Shown here: positions 35,045 through 46,590 of the stretch, piece by piece
Layout of the letters: each line of letters begins with the position of its first letter
Numbering within the stretch: position 1 is the stretch's first letter
Source of the DNA: Scenedesmus sp. PABB004
Taxonomy: Eukaryota
NCBI GenBank assembly: GCA_014905635.1
Contig: JABVCE010000033.1
Span: forward strand, 186,001 to 250,000
DNA: 64,000 nt
Direction of reading: 5' to 3'
Translations under genes and position numbers: made by a program
Notes under the pieces: model-generated
Seen by the model: only the letters and a program-made list of their open reading frames with translations
Database searches by the model: none
What the model was told of the DNA's origin: nothing

Positions 35045-38000
35045 CGCCGCCAGCTGGCCCACGCGCTCGGCCAGCTTTTGCCGGCGGTGTCCGAGCAGGT
35101 GCGGCGCGCTGCGCACCAGGCGCTGGAGCTCGCTGTCCGTCAGCGCCAGCTGCTCCTGCAGCCCCGCTGCCGCCAGCTCCAGTGCGCCCGGGGACAGCGC
35201 GAGCGCGCTTTGCAGGTAGCCAGCGCTGTTCAGGCCGCGGCGCAGGACCTGGGCTACGCTGGTGCCGCCGAGCGCTGCCAGCGCAGACAGCCGGGCCAGG
35301 CCCGTCTCGGGCCGCATGGTGAGCAGCTGCCTGCCGGCCTTGGTCTGCAGGCACGCGGCCAGCAGCCGCTGCCCGCCCGCCTGCTCCTGCCCCCCATTTG
35401 CAGCCAGCTGCTCCTGCTCTGGCGCCCGAGCCACCCCCTGCTCCAGCTCCAGCTGCTGCTGGTGCTGCCGCTTGATCTGCACCAGGCGAGCCATGGCTGC
35501 CACCTCGCCGGGCTCGTACGCGTCTGCCGGCAGGTTGACGGCCGCGCCGGGCCCCCGCACCGCCAGGCGCACCAGGTCGAAGGCGCAGGCAGCCTGCAGC
35601 GCCGACGCATGGCTGCTTGTGAAGAGCTTGCCGCCGGCGTACACCAGCTTGCTGCGCATCTCCCACGCCCGCCACTTGCTCTTGCGCACGCCCCTGGTGC
35701 CGTGGGCGACCGCGCCCCGAACGGCCGCCCTGGCGGCTGCTGCTGCCACAGCTGCCACAGCCGCCGCCGCCACCGCCGCCGCCGCGTCGGGCTGCTGGTG
35801 CAGGCGCCTGCGGCTGTCGCGAACTGCTGGGGGCGTCGGCGCCAGGACGGGCTCCGCCGCAGCAGGCGACTCGTGGTCGGCTGACAGAGCGGCCTGCAGC
35901 GCCGCCAGCTGCGGCTCAAACGAGCCGGCCCCTGCCTGTCGCACGAGCAGCAGCACCTGCGCGGGTCGTGCGAGCCGCAGTCAGCTCGCATCGCGCGCAG
36001 CACGCAGCGCTGTCAGCACGCAGCGCTCCCAAGCACGCGAGGAGCGCCGCACCCACCTTGGGCTCCTGCAGCACCAGCCGCCGGGCCACGTCGGCGCCCA
36101 CGAGCCCCGCCAGCTCTCCCGTCAGCTGGGCAATGGTCGGCGTCTGCAGCAGCAGCAGCTGCGGCGCGCGCAGCGCTAGCCGGCCCGCCTCGCCCGGCGC
36201 CAGTGCCAGCGCGGCCTCCAGCACGGCCAGGCGCTTGCGGCAGGTGTCGACTTGCAGGTGGGCAACCTGGACGGCGCGAGTGGGCGCGCACATGTGGGCG
36301 GGCGCCACGGCGCGGTGCGCAGCGCGGCGACGCCGAGGCCCCCCCCCCTCACCCATGGGCAGCGCTTGAGCATCCGCATGACCTCAGGCGACAGCACCGT
36401 CGCCTCCTGCTGCGCCTCCTGCTGCGCCTCCTGCTGCGCCTCCTGCTGCGCGGCGTGGCGCTGCGCGCCGCCGCCGCCGCGGCCGAGCAGGCCCTGCAGC
36501 GCGCCGAGCCTGATGTGGCTGGTCAGCTCGTCGCGCAGCGCGCCACCCGCCGACCACCGCACGAGGCGCGCCACCTCGTCCTGCGACAGCCCGCGCATGC
36601 TCACGAGCTTGCTCGCGCGCGCCAGCACCACCTGGGCCGGCTTCAGCAGGGTGAACAGGCCTTGTCGGCGTGTGGTGAGCTCCAGCTCTGGAGCCGGCGC
36701 CGGCAGGGCGCCGCAGGCGGCGGCGGCTGCCGCGCCGCCCCCGCGGCGCGCCCCGCGAGAGCGCGCCGCCCGCCTCGCGGGCGGCTGCAGCAGCTGCCGC
36801 ACGAGCGCGGCTGGGCTCGCGGCGCCGTAAACCGCCGCCGACACGCGCAGCGAGGCCACCACGTCGTCCACGCTCGCGCTGCGCACCACGGCGTGTGCCG
36901 AGCACAGCAGCAGCAGGTCGGCCGCCGTCAGCGGCGCCTCGTCGCCTGCGGCGCGCCGCCGTCGGTCAGCGCGCGCCGGCCAGCAGCCGGCGCAGCGCGC
37001 CCGCACACGCAGCCGGCCCGCGCGCCGCCTCACCCGCGAGCGCGTTGCGCAGCCGGGAATACGTGTCGGCCAGCGCGGCAGCGCTTGGGTAGCGCAGCAG
37101 TTGCGGCCGCGCCAGGAGGCTGGGCAGCAGCTGCTGGAGCGGCAGGCCCAGCGCGCCCGGCGCCGCGGCGACAAACGCCTCGGTGTGCGCCAGCTGCCGC
37201 GGCGTGCGCGCCAGCCAGGGGTGGCGCAGCAGCAGCTCCGCCGCGTCCGCGCGCTCGATCACGAGCGCCGCCGCGACGCGGCCCGCGCGCCCCAGCAGCG
37301 CCGCGCAGCTGCTGCTCACGAGCACGCCCGTGTGCGCCGCCGCGAGCGCGCGCGCGCGGCCGCGCTCCGGCACCAGCTCCGCGAGCGCCGCGAGGTGGCG
37401 CGCGAGCGCGCCGTCGGGCAGCCGCATCGCCTTGGTGAAGGTCTGGGTGTCGCTCAGCACCACGCTCGGCGGCGACATGCCCAGCGCCGCCTGGAACGTG
37501 GCGACGATGCTGGCGACCTGGGCGCTCACCTCCGGCAGGTCTGCGCGGCGGGCGCGGGGGCCGGCGGAGATGTGTGTGTGTGTGGGGGGGGGGGGGGGTA
37601 TCGGCGGGCCGGCGGCCGGGCGGGCCTGCCGGAGCGGCCGAGGCGGCGGCGCCAGCGCGCGCCGCCGCCGCGGCCGCGCACCCTTGGCCAGCACCTCGGG
37701 CGCGAGCTGCGTGTCGGGCAGCATGCGCCGGAAGCTCTGCGCCGTCGCGGCCGGCTGCTGCATCTGGGCGATTGCCGGCGTCAGCAGGTCGGTCGCGCGC
37801 AGGCTCGGGTGGTCGCGGCTCAGCTGCAGCGCGTGCTTGATCGCCCGCCCGAGCAGCTCCTCCGGCAGCAGCCGGCGCGCCACGCGCTGCACGGCGGCCT
37901 GGAGCACGTCCGCCGCCTCGGGCGTGTCGATGGTCACGCCCTCCCGCGCCAGCTGCTGCTGCAGCTGCTCCCGGCCGGCGGCGGCGCCGAGCCCGGCCGC

Positions 38001-38459
38001 GCCGCCGGCCGCCGCCGCGTCGCTCAGCAGGCCGGCGCCCGCGGCCTCAGCGGCCCGGCCCGCCAGCAGGCCCTCCATGCGCTGCCTGCGGCGCTGCCAG
38101 GTCGCCGCGCTGCTCTGGCGCGCCTGCGCCGGCTGCTGCTGCTGCTCGGCGCCGCCGCCCGCCGCGGCGGGCGGCGCGCCGCTGCCATCGCTGCCGCCCC
38201 CCGCCGCCGCCGCGCCGCGCGGCCAGATCGCCCGCGCGCCTGTGCCGGCGCCGTCCCGGACGATGACGCTGGGCAGCTCCGCCGCCGCGGCGCGGCCGCG
38301 CCGCCGCCCCGCGCCAGCCGCGCCGCCGCCGCTGCCCGGCGGCCCCGCCTCGCCGCTCGCCTGACGCGCGCACGCCGCCAGGCGCGTCAGCAGGGACGCC
38401 CAGGCGCCTGGCAGGCTGCTGGAGCTCAGCACCGGGCCGCCAGCGCACCGCAGCAGCAT
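34511..38459 (-). CDS. mTERF-like repeat protein containing an embedded AP2/ERF-like domain, organelle-targeted
   Basis: Repeated mTERF-type units (AELLLRHPWLARTP, SLLARPQLLRY, MLKRCP, LALRAPQLLLLQ, LVLQEPK, LVRSAPHLLGH, AVLHAPRLLALD). AP2-like block at 35516-35698. Presequence-like MLLRCAGG.. at 38459, though an upstream exon is possible (acceptor near 38577). Confidence 0.75.
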
Positions 38460-38797
38460 GCGCAGCTGGCGCGCGCTGCAGCGGCGGACGCGCGTCGCTC
38501 GCTCGCCGCTTGCTTCTGCTGCCGCGCCGCTTGCTGCTGCTGCGGCTGCTGCTGCGCTGCGGGCGAACGGCACACCTGCAGAACCGGCAGCAGCGCGTTA
38601 GTCGCAACAACGCGTCGCGACCGCTGCTGCGCGCTGCCGCCGCGCCTGCTCAAAGCGTCCTCCCGCGCTCCCTGCCGCAGCTCTCCCGCGGTTCCCAGGA
38701 GCGTCCACTGTCGTGACCGGCGTCCGAGCGCCCTGCGTCGCGCGCGCGTGGCAGCAGCGCCGCCGACCGTTCGAGCAGCGCCGCCGAGCGCCCGGCC

Positions 38798-39143
38798 ATG
38801 GCGAGCCCTCCCGGCGACCCCCTCCGCGCGCCCGCGATCCCGGGCGTGCACCTGGAGAAGCGCGACTGGGCGGCGGCGTGCCCGCAGCAGCACGTGGCGT
38901 GGCTGCAGTGCACGCTGCACGGCGGCAGCGCGTCCGTGGTGGCCTGCCAGGCCGAGCTCGAGGCGCTGCAGGCGTGCGTTAACGCCGTGAAGCCGCCGCA
39001 CCTGCGCGCGGGCGCGCCGACGGCGGCCGGCAACTGGTGGCGCGGCACCGGCGAGCCAGCGCTGCGCGACACGCTGGCCGCCGCGCGTGCCAGGGCGGCG
39101 CGCTGGCTCGGCGGGGGCGAGCCGGAGCAGCAGGGGCAGCAGG

Positions 39144-39189
<46 letters not shown>

Positions 39190-39205
39190 CGGGGGCGGCG
39201 TATAA
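38798..39205 (+). CDS. Small twin-CX9C (CHCH-fold) protein with C-terminal polyQ
   Basis: Single-exon 135 aa ORF in a GCCATGG context with C-PQQHVAWLQ-C and C-QAELEALQA-C, each exactly CX9C. Confidence 0.72.
39136..39188 (+). repeat. (CAG)n microsatellite encoding polyQ
   Basis: CAG run read directly. Confidence 0.9.
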
Positions 39206-39277
39206 ATCAATGCGACCGCGCCCGGCGGACGCGCCACGCAGCCGGGCGGGGCACGCTCCGTGGTGCAGCGGCAACGT

Positions 39278-39807
39278 GCGCTTGACGAGCTCAGCGCCGC
39301 AGTCGCAGCCGCAGCCGGCGGCGACGTCGGCGCGCAGCAGCGGCCACCCGCGGGCGGCGGGGGCGACGACTGCGCCTGCGGCGTGCCGTGCTGCACACGC
39401 CGCGCCTGCTGGCGCTGGACGCCGCACGCGTGGCGGCGCGGGCGGCGCAGCTGGGCGCCGCGTGCGCGGGCCAGCCGGGCCTGGCGGCGCAGGCGGCCGC
39501 GGGCCTGGCGTCGGGCGCCGTGGGCCGCTGGCTGGTGGCGGGTGCGCGCGTCGCAGCTAGCAGCGGGGGCGCCCGCGCGTCACGACGGGGCCGCGGCGTC
39601 GCCCGGGGCCTGACGCCCTCGCTCGCCCCGCCTGCCGCGCTCGCAGGGGACGCCCACTTTGCCGCGCTCGCGGCCGCAGCGGCGGCGTCGCGGCGCGGCG
39701 GCGCTGGCCGGGCGGACGCGCTGGCCGGCCTGGACCTGGGCCGCCTGTTCCGGCGCCCCGCCGCGGGCGTGGACGCGCACCTGGCGGCCGCGGGCGTGCG
39801 CCTTTGA
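39278..39807 (+). pseudogene. 5'-truncated, frameshifted copy of the mTERF-like gene 3' end
   Basis: No start. GACGACTGCGCCTGCGG versus GACGCCTGCCTGCGG in the intact copy (+2 frameshift near 39370). LDLG versus LDLDLG (6-bp deletion). Retains the last intron and stop. Confidence 0.85.
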
Positions 39808-40587
39808 CCGCCTTGACCGGCCCGCCCGCCCGCCCGCACCGCGCGAGAGCGCGCGCCGCGGCAGCCGGGGCGTGGCGGCGCGCGAGGCTTCAGGCGCGGC
39901 GCGGTGCGCGCGGCCGTGCGCGGGCCGGCCGCGTCGGGCTGGCCCGCGTCGCAGTTGCGCGTCTGACGGCCGGCGCGGGGCGCGCGTGTGGGGCCCGCGC
40001 GGCGCCGCTCCGGCCTTGTTCGGCGCCCGGCTGCACGCCCGTGCGTGGCGCGCCGGCGGAACGGCTCGGCGGGCATCACATTTTTGAGTTGGCGAGTTTG
40101 GGCCCCGCGCACGCCTAGCTGCGCCAGCAAGGACCGGTGCAGGCGCGCGGGTTCGCAGCAGGGCGGTGCAACGTGACGGGCGGCGCTGCGGCGGCGCGTG
40201 GTCGCGAGTCAGACGCGGCTGACACCTGGCCGGGCAGCTGTGATTGCTGCTGCCGGCGCCCCAAAGCCGCCGTGCCGCGCCTCCCCCTCCCCACAGCTCG
40301 CCCCCGGCGCACAACAGCACCCCACCAGCCGCCGCGCGCTCGGTCGCGCCACCAACACCGACGACGCAGCCGGCCCGCCCGCGTCGCGCCAGCAGCCCGC
40401 CCTGCGGCCGCGCCGCGCCGCCGCCAGGACCCGGCGCCGGGTGGCGCGCGGTTTGGGTCTCCCATCCCCCAGCCGGGCGCGCGCGAGGCGGCGCCCCGCA
40501 CGCGCAGCGGGGGCGTTTTGGCCAAGGAATGGCCGCGCGGGCCGCCCACCGCCGCGCGCCGAGCGCGCTGTTCGACCTCGAGGTGCG
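39278..40587 (+). repeat. Right arm of 1.3-kb inverted duplication (partner 33731-35044)
   Basis: See left arm. Contains a copy of the mTERF 3' end, the intergenic region and the functional DUF506 exon 1. Confidence 0.96.
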
Positions 40588-42560
40588 TTTCCCGGAACTG
40601 GGGCCCGCGGGCCCGGGCGCCTGCCCGAGGTGACGCGGCCGAACCGACCCACGCGGATGCGTCGAGACCCCGGCACGCGCCGCCGCCTCACGCCCCGCCC
40701 GCGGCGCGCCCGCAGCTGGACGCGGACCCCCACAGCGCGCCGGACGCCGTGGCACATGAGCTGCGCGGCCTGCTGGCCGCCGGCAGCAGCGCCGCACGCC
40801 TGAGAGTGAGCGGCGTGCGCGCGCCGCGCGCGCGCCGCGCAGCTGTACCGGCTCCTCGCGCATTGGGCCGGGGGTTGGTGCTGCACGGGCGCCGCTCGCG
40901 GGCAGCTGGCGCAGTGGCCGCGCGCGGCGGCCGCGGTCAGCGCGCGCGCGCGGTACGCAGGACCAACCGCACCGCTGGCGCCGCGCCGCCGCCGACGCCG
41001 ACGCCCGCCGCCGCCGCCGCCGCCCGCTTCTTCCGCAGCTCCTGCGCGACGCGGAGCAGGCGCGCGAGCTGGCGCTGGACGGCGAGGCGGTCGACCTGCA
41101 GACGTTTGCCGAGGTCCTCGCGTCGCGCGGGCACCGCGTCTGGCTGCGCACGGGCAAGCCCGACAAGTGCTGCTCCCACGTCGCCGTGCTGCGCCACACG
41201 TTTGTCGTCGCGGGCGTCGCACGTGCGCGGCGCAGCGGGGGGCGCGGCGCAGCGGGCGCGCGGCGCCGCGAGCGCTGCCGCTGACTCGCCGGCCGCCGGC
41301 CGCCGCCGCGAACGCGGACGCGCAGGCGCGGCCGCCGCGCAGCCGCTCGGCTCGTCGCCGGACAGCCCGCTGTCGCCGGCGGCGGCGCAGCTGTACGTGG
41401 TGGACCCGGCGTTTGCCGACAGCTTTGCCCTCGCCGCCTCGCCCGCCTGGTACCAGGCGCTCTGGGCTGCGCTGCCCGCGACCTTTGTGGGCAGCGCGGA
41501 GCAGATCGTGCCGATCGTGGAGCTCATGTGCACGCAGGTGCGGCGGCGGGGGGGGGGGGGGCTGCGCGCAGCGGCTGCGGAGCCTGGCAGCGGCAGCGCC
41601 CGCGCCTGCGGCTGGCGCCGGCGGCGCACCGCCCGCGCGCTCACGCGCCCCGCGCCCCGCGCGCCCGCGCGCCCTGGCGAGCAGATGCAGCTCGCGTTTG
41701 CCGAGATCGCCAGCAGCTGCCCGCCCTGGCGCCAGCCGGCCTGCATGCTCAGCAAGTGGCTGCCGGCCAGCGCGGACGACGTCCCGGTCGTGCCAGGCCC
41801 CAGCGTGCGCGCCGCCGACGCGTGCGCCGCCGGCGGCAGCTCGCCCAGCAGCGGCGCGCTCGCGCTCGCCGCGCCGCCGGGCGCGCTGCGCACGGTGGGC
41901 AGCGGCGGCAGCGGCGGCGCCAACAACGCCGCGCTCGGCCCGGAGCCGGCCTACACGCCCCGCGCCGCGCTGCGGCCCTTTGAGCGCAGCGACGCGAGCA
42001 ACAACCTGCTGCTCGCCGGCAGCGCCGGCGCGGAGGGCGCCGCCGCGGCGCTGCTCGCGGGCTCGCCCGATGGCGCGTTTGGCGCGCTCGCGTGCGGCAG
42101 CGACGAGCTGGTCTTCACCTTTGGCAACTACTCGCCCGACAGCTGGGGCGGCCGCGCCGGCTACCTCGGCGCGGCGAGCTGGGGCGGGCGCGGCGCCGCC
42201 GCCGCGGACGACGCCGCGTGCGCGGCCGCCGGCGGCGTCGCGATCCGGCCGACCGTGTCGGCGAGCGCGGCGCTCGCGAGCCAGATGGCGGCGGCGGCGG
42301 CGCGCCAGCGCGGCGCCGCCGCGCGGCCCGGCCCCGCCGCCGCCGCCCTGTCGGTGGGCGGCGGCCTCGCGCCGCTCGACATCCGGCGCCTCAACGCCGC
42401 GGTGCTGGAGGACGACGGCAGCGACCTGTTCAGCCCGCGCGCCGCGCGCGCCGACGCGGCGGCCGGCGCGCCGGCGCCGCACGTCGCGGTCAAGCGCCGC
42501 GCCGGCGGGCTGGCGCAGCCGAGCGCGCTCAGCGCGGCGCTCGCGGGCGGGCTGCCGTGA
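40529..42560 (+). CDS. DUF506 / PDDEXK_6 plant-type protein
   Basis: LRHTFVV, LYVVDPAFADSF....AWYQALWAALPATFVG, ELMCTQ|MQLAF....CPPWRQPACMLSKWLP (PPWR..SKW signature). Confidence 0.9.
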
Positions 42561-44272
42561 CGGCGGCGCGCGACGCGCGCCGCGCCCTGCACAGATTGTG
42601 CGCCTGTACTTGTGTGGGGAGCGCCGGGGGCCGCCCCGCGAGCGCTTGCAGCGTGCGCCTGACCCGCGCGCTGGCGTGTGAGCGACGAGGAGGCGGGCGC
42701 CGGCGCCGGTGCGCCGCGCGCCCCCGCCAGTGATCGATCGAGGGCCCCGCGGCCGCACGCGCGGGCGCCCCCGTCGCGTTGACACTAGTAGTAGCGTGTA
42801 GGAGGGCCTGGCGGGCGGGGGGCCTGCAGCGGCGCCGCCGTCCGCGGCTCTGGGCCATATGGATGGATGCGCGGCACGCGTGTGGCGCCGGCAGCGCGCG
42901 TGCCAGGGTTTGAGGCAGCGCACCAGTGCGCCGCCGGCGGGGCCCTCATTGGGCGCGCCGCGCGGCCGTGCTGCTGGGCAAGCAGCGCGCCCGGGGAGGC
43001 GGCGCGCGCTGGCGTGACTGCGCGGCCGCACTGCTCCGCGTATGCGCATGGTGGCGGCGGCTGCAGCACTTGGCGCCCCTGCATCGCCGTGCGCGCGCGT
43101 CCCGCCGCCCTCGGCGGCGGCGACGCGCGCGTGGCGTCCCAGCGGGCGCACGTGTGTGACGTGGGGGCCGCGTTTTGCTGTGTGTGCGTGCCCGCACGAC
43201 CGACGCAACGCGGGCTGCCGCCCTGGCAGCAGCGGCGCGACGCGTGCGCGTCGCGCAGCTGTGTCCAGGCTAGGCTGAACGCGCGGCAGGTGGTGCCCGC
43301 GAGGGCAGCCTGCGCGCGGGATGGATGGATGGTCGATGGTTCGGTCTGGCGCGTGTGGCGCGTGTGGGCATGGTCCGGTGTGTGCGAGCGGCGCCGTGCC
43401 GCGGTGCGGGTGTGGGTGCAGGCGTGGGCTGCTAGCTGCTTCTCAGAGCATTCAACGGCTGCCTGCCTCGGCCGGCCACCATTGAGGACGACCGCCCGTG
43501 ACTTGCCGGCGCGCCCGCGGCGTCCTCCTGCGCCGCGGGCGCAACGGTCCCTTTTTGCCGTCGCACGCGGCGCATTGCGCGTCGCGCGTCGTGCCCGACC
43601 CTCGACGCTAGCTAGGTAGCTCCTCTGACGCGCGTTCTCTAGTCTAGGCGGGCTGCTGCGACGCAGGTCCATCCATCCCATTCACGCAGGCATGGCACGG
43701 CGGCTTGGCTCGGCGCGCGCCCCGCGGCGCGGCGGCCGCGATGAATGCTGCCGCGGGGCGCGCAGCTCGACGACGGCTTGGCTTGGCTTTGGGGCCCCGC
43801 CCTGCGCTTGCAGGGACGGCGGCTTGGCCGGGCGGCCGCCCTCCACGCGGCGCCCACCATCACCTTTTTGCCAGCGGCGGGGGCCGAGGCGGGAGCAGGG
43901 AGCAGGGAGCAAGAAGCGCGGGTGCGCCGCGCAGCAGCTTGTCGGGGCGGTGTGCACAACACATATTCGGAAAGAGGCTGCCGCAGCTTTTGCTTTTGCC
44001 TGCGTGGACGAGACCTAGCGCACGGTGCGCGCGTGTGGCAAACCCGCTGCAGGGCTCAGCGCTGGCGGTTGGTGGTCCTGGGCTTGGAACGACCCGCAAC
44101 CTCTCACGCCCGCCCGCGAGCCAGCATCCCCCGAGCAGGCTCGCCGCAGCAGCAGGCGCAGCCGCCGGCAGCAGCAGCGGCGACCGCACGGCCAGCAGCG
44201 GGCCCGACAAGTCGCTGCTGCCGCGCAGGCCCCGGCGCCCGCTCGAGCGTGCAGGTTGCCCGCGGCTCGAGC

Positions 44273-46590
44273 ATGCTGAGCCTGGAGCGGCTGCTGGCCC
44301 AGCGCTGCGGCCGCGAGCTCGTCCAGCAGCGCCTCGCGGGGCGGCGCCGCGCCCTGTCAGGCCGCCGCCCGGAGCAGAGCTACGAGGAGCGTCTGGCGCA
44401 GGCTCGGGGCGCGTTCGACGCGCTGGCCGCCGCTGCGCCGCAGCCGCCGACGCTCGGCGCTACGCCACAGCCGTCGATGGCGGCGCCGACCGGTGCGCCC
44501 CCGCGCAGCCGGCCCGCAGCCTGCCCGGCGCCGCTCGGCCGGCCCGCTGACGCCCCCAGCGCCGGCGCCGTCGGCGCCGGCGCGCAGACCGCGACGTGGA
44601 CGACGTGCTGCGGCGCACCAAGTCGAAGCGCCGGCACAAGGCCGGCGCGCCCCTCGACGAGGCCGCGGAGGCCGCCATCCGCGCCAAGATCGCCGCCAGC
44701 ATGGCGCGCAAGGCCGCGCGCGCCCGCCACACCTGCCCCGCCTGCGGCGTCACGCTCACGCGCGCCGACAGCGTGCTGCCCCACATGGCGCGCTGCTGCG
44801 GCGACCTGCTGCCCGCCGGCGCGCTGGAACCGGCGGTCGGCGCCGCCACGGACCCCGGGCGCCTGGCGGGCATCCTGGCGGACGCGGGCGCGCTGGAGCA
44901 CGCGCGGCGGCGGGCGGCGCTGGAGCTGACGTTCCTGCCGCCCGGCGGCGCCACGCAGCTGCTGGGCGGCGCGGGCGGCGCGGGCGGCGCAGCGGCGGCG
45001 CCGGGCGACCCTGCGAGCAGCAGCAGCGACGACGACGACGGCGGCGACGACGGCGACGACGCCACTGGCGACGCGGGCGCACGTGCGCCAGGCGGCCGCG
45101 CGGGCGAGGAGGAGGAGGAGGAGTATGAGGGCGGCTACAGCCGCGCCACGCGCGCGCGCATCGCCGCCGCGCCGGCCGACATCGCGGCCGCGCTGGGCGT
45201 GCCGCTGCCGAGGTGAGCGCGGGGCGCCGTGCGCCCCGGCGCCGCGCCGGCTGCCGCCGCGCCGCCGCCCGGCGCGCCCGCCGCCCGGCGCGCCGCGCCC
45301 GCCGAAACGCCGCGCCCGTGCGCCGCGCCGCGCCGCAGGGCGGAGCGCCTGCTGCGCGCGGCGATGCGCTCGGTGCCGATCGCGGTGGACGCGCGCACGC
45401 CGCTGGACGTGGTGGCCGAGGACGGCGACTTTGTCGCGGTGAACAAGCCGGTCGGCTACCACACTGCGCCCATCCATCGCTGGGCGGGCGGCTCCATGGT
45501 CAACATGCTCCTCGCCCACCTGGCCGGCCTGGGCCCCTCCGCGCAGCGGGCGCCGGAGCAGCAGGCGGCGGCGCGGGAGGCGCCGGAGCAGCAGGCGGCG
45601 GCGCAGCAGGCGCCGGCGCGGGAGGCGCCCGAGCAGCAGCACCAGGCGGCGCAGCACCAGGCGCACGCCAAGCCGTACGTGCTGCACCGCCTCGACTACA
45701 ACACCAGCGGCCTGCTGCTCTTCGCGAAGCGACGTGAGGTCGTGCCGGGCGTGGCGGCGGCGTTCAGGTGCGCGCCCGCGCCCGCGGCGCGGCGCGCGAG
45801 CCGCGCCGGCGCGCGCCGCCGCCGCGGCGCCGCGCGCGCCCACGCCGGCGTGCCGCGCGCCGCGGCACGCCGCGGCAGGGAGCGGCGCGTCCAGAAGGAG
45901 TATCTGGCGATCTGCCTCGGCGTCCCCAGCGCCGCGTCCTTCACGGTCGCCGCGCCGATCGACCGCCACCCCGGCCACGCGACCGCGCGGCGCTGCGGCG
46001 CGGGCGGCAAGCCCGCGGAGACGGCGTTCGAGGTCGTATCGGCGAGCCCCGCCGCGCAGCTGCTGGCCGGGCCGCCGGGCGCGCCCGGCGGCTGGGCGGC
46101 AGGCGAGCTCTTCCACGAGCGCGGCGGCCCGCCTGACGCGGCGCTGCGCGGCGCCGCGCTCGTGCGCTGCTTCCCCAAGACCGGGCGCACGCACCAGATC
46201 CGGCTGCACCTCGCCGCCGCGGGCCACCCGCTCTTGGGCGACGAGGTCTACGGCGCCACGGTGCGCCGCAGCGACCACGCAGCCAGCGCGGCGGCACGCG
46301 CCGCGGCCGTCGCGGGCGCGCCGAGCGAGCGGCGCGGCGAGCGCCGGGCGCGGCGCACCCCGCGCCGGCCCACCCCGCGCCGGCCCCGCGCGACCCGCGC
46401 CGCCGCCGCGGCCGCGCCGCAGGGGCCGTGGATCGGACGGCAGGCGCTGCACGCGCGCGCGCTCGCACTCGCGCACCCGCTGAGCGGCGCGCCGCTGCGG
46501 TTCACGGCGCCGCTGCACGACGACTTTGCCGCAGCGCTCGCGGCGCTGGGGCTGGCGCTGCCGCCGGACGAGGAGACGCCGGCGCGGTGA
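44273..46590 (+). CDS. RluA/RluD-family RNA pseudouridine synthase with N-terminal extension containing a zinc-finger-like motif
   Basis: [23 protein letters not shown] (catalytic Asp), [50 protein letters not shown] near 44734-44799. Confidence 0.93.

Noticed and set aside
38797..38800. Overlapping divergent start codons in the CATG palindrome (mTERF on -, CX9C gene on +)
   Set aside because: It would need a weak GTCACG donor and leave no promoter space. The ATG at 38459 gives a more plausible presequence. Cannot be excluded without TSS data.
33731..40587. Inverted repeats as terminal inverted repeats of a DNA transposon
   Set aside because: The arms consist of host gene fragments. No transposase lies between them and no target-site duplication is evident.
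42783..42795. CACTAGTAG as a CACTA transposon terminus
   Set aside because: No matching inverted terminus, subterminal repeats or transposase found.
42785..43681. 298-aa minus-strand ORF in the intergenic gap
   Set aside because: No recognisable motif and lacks the strong GC3 codon pattern of the real exons.
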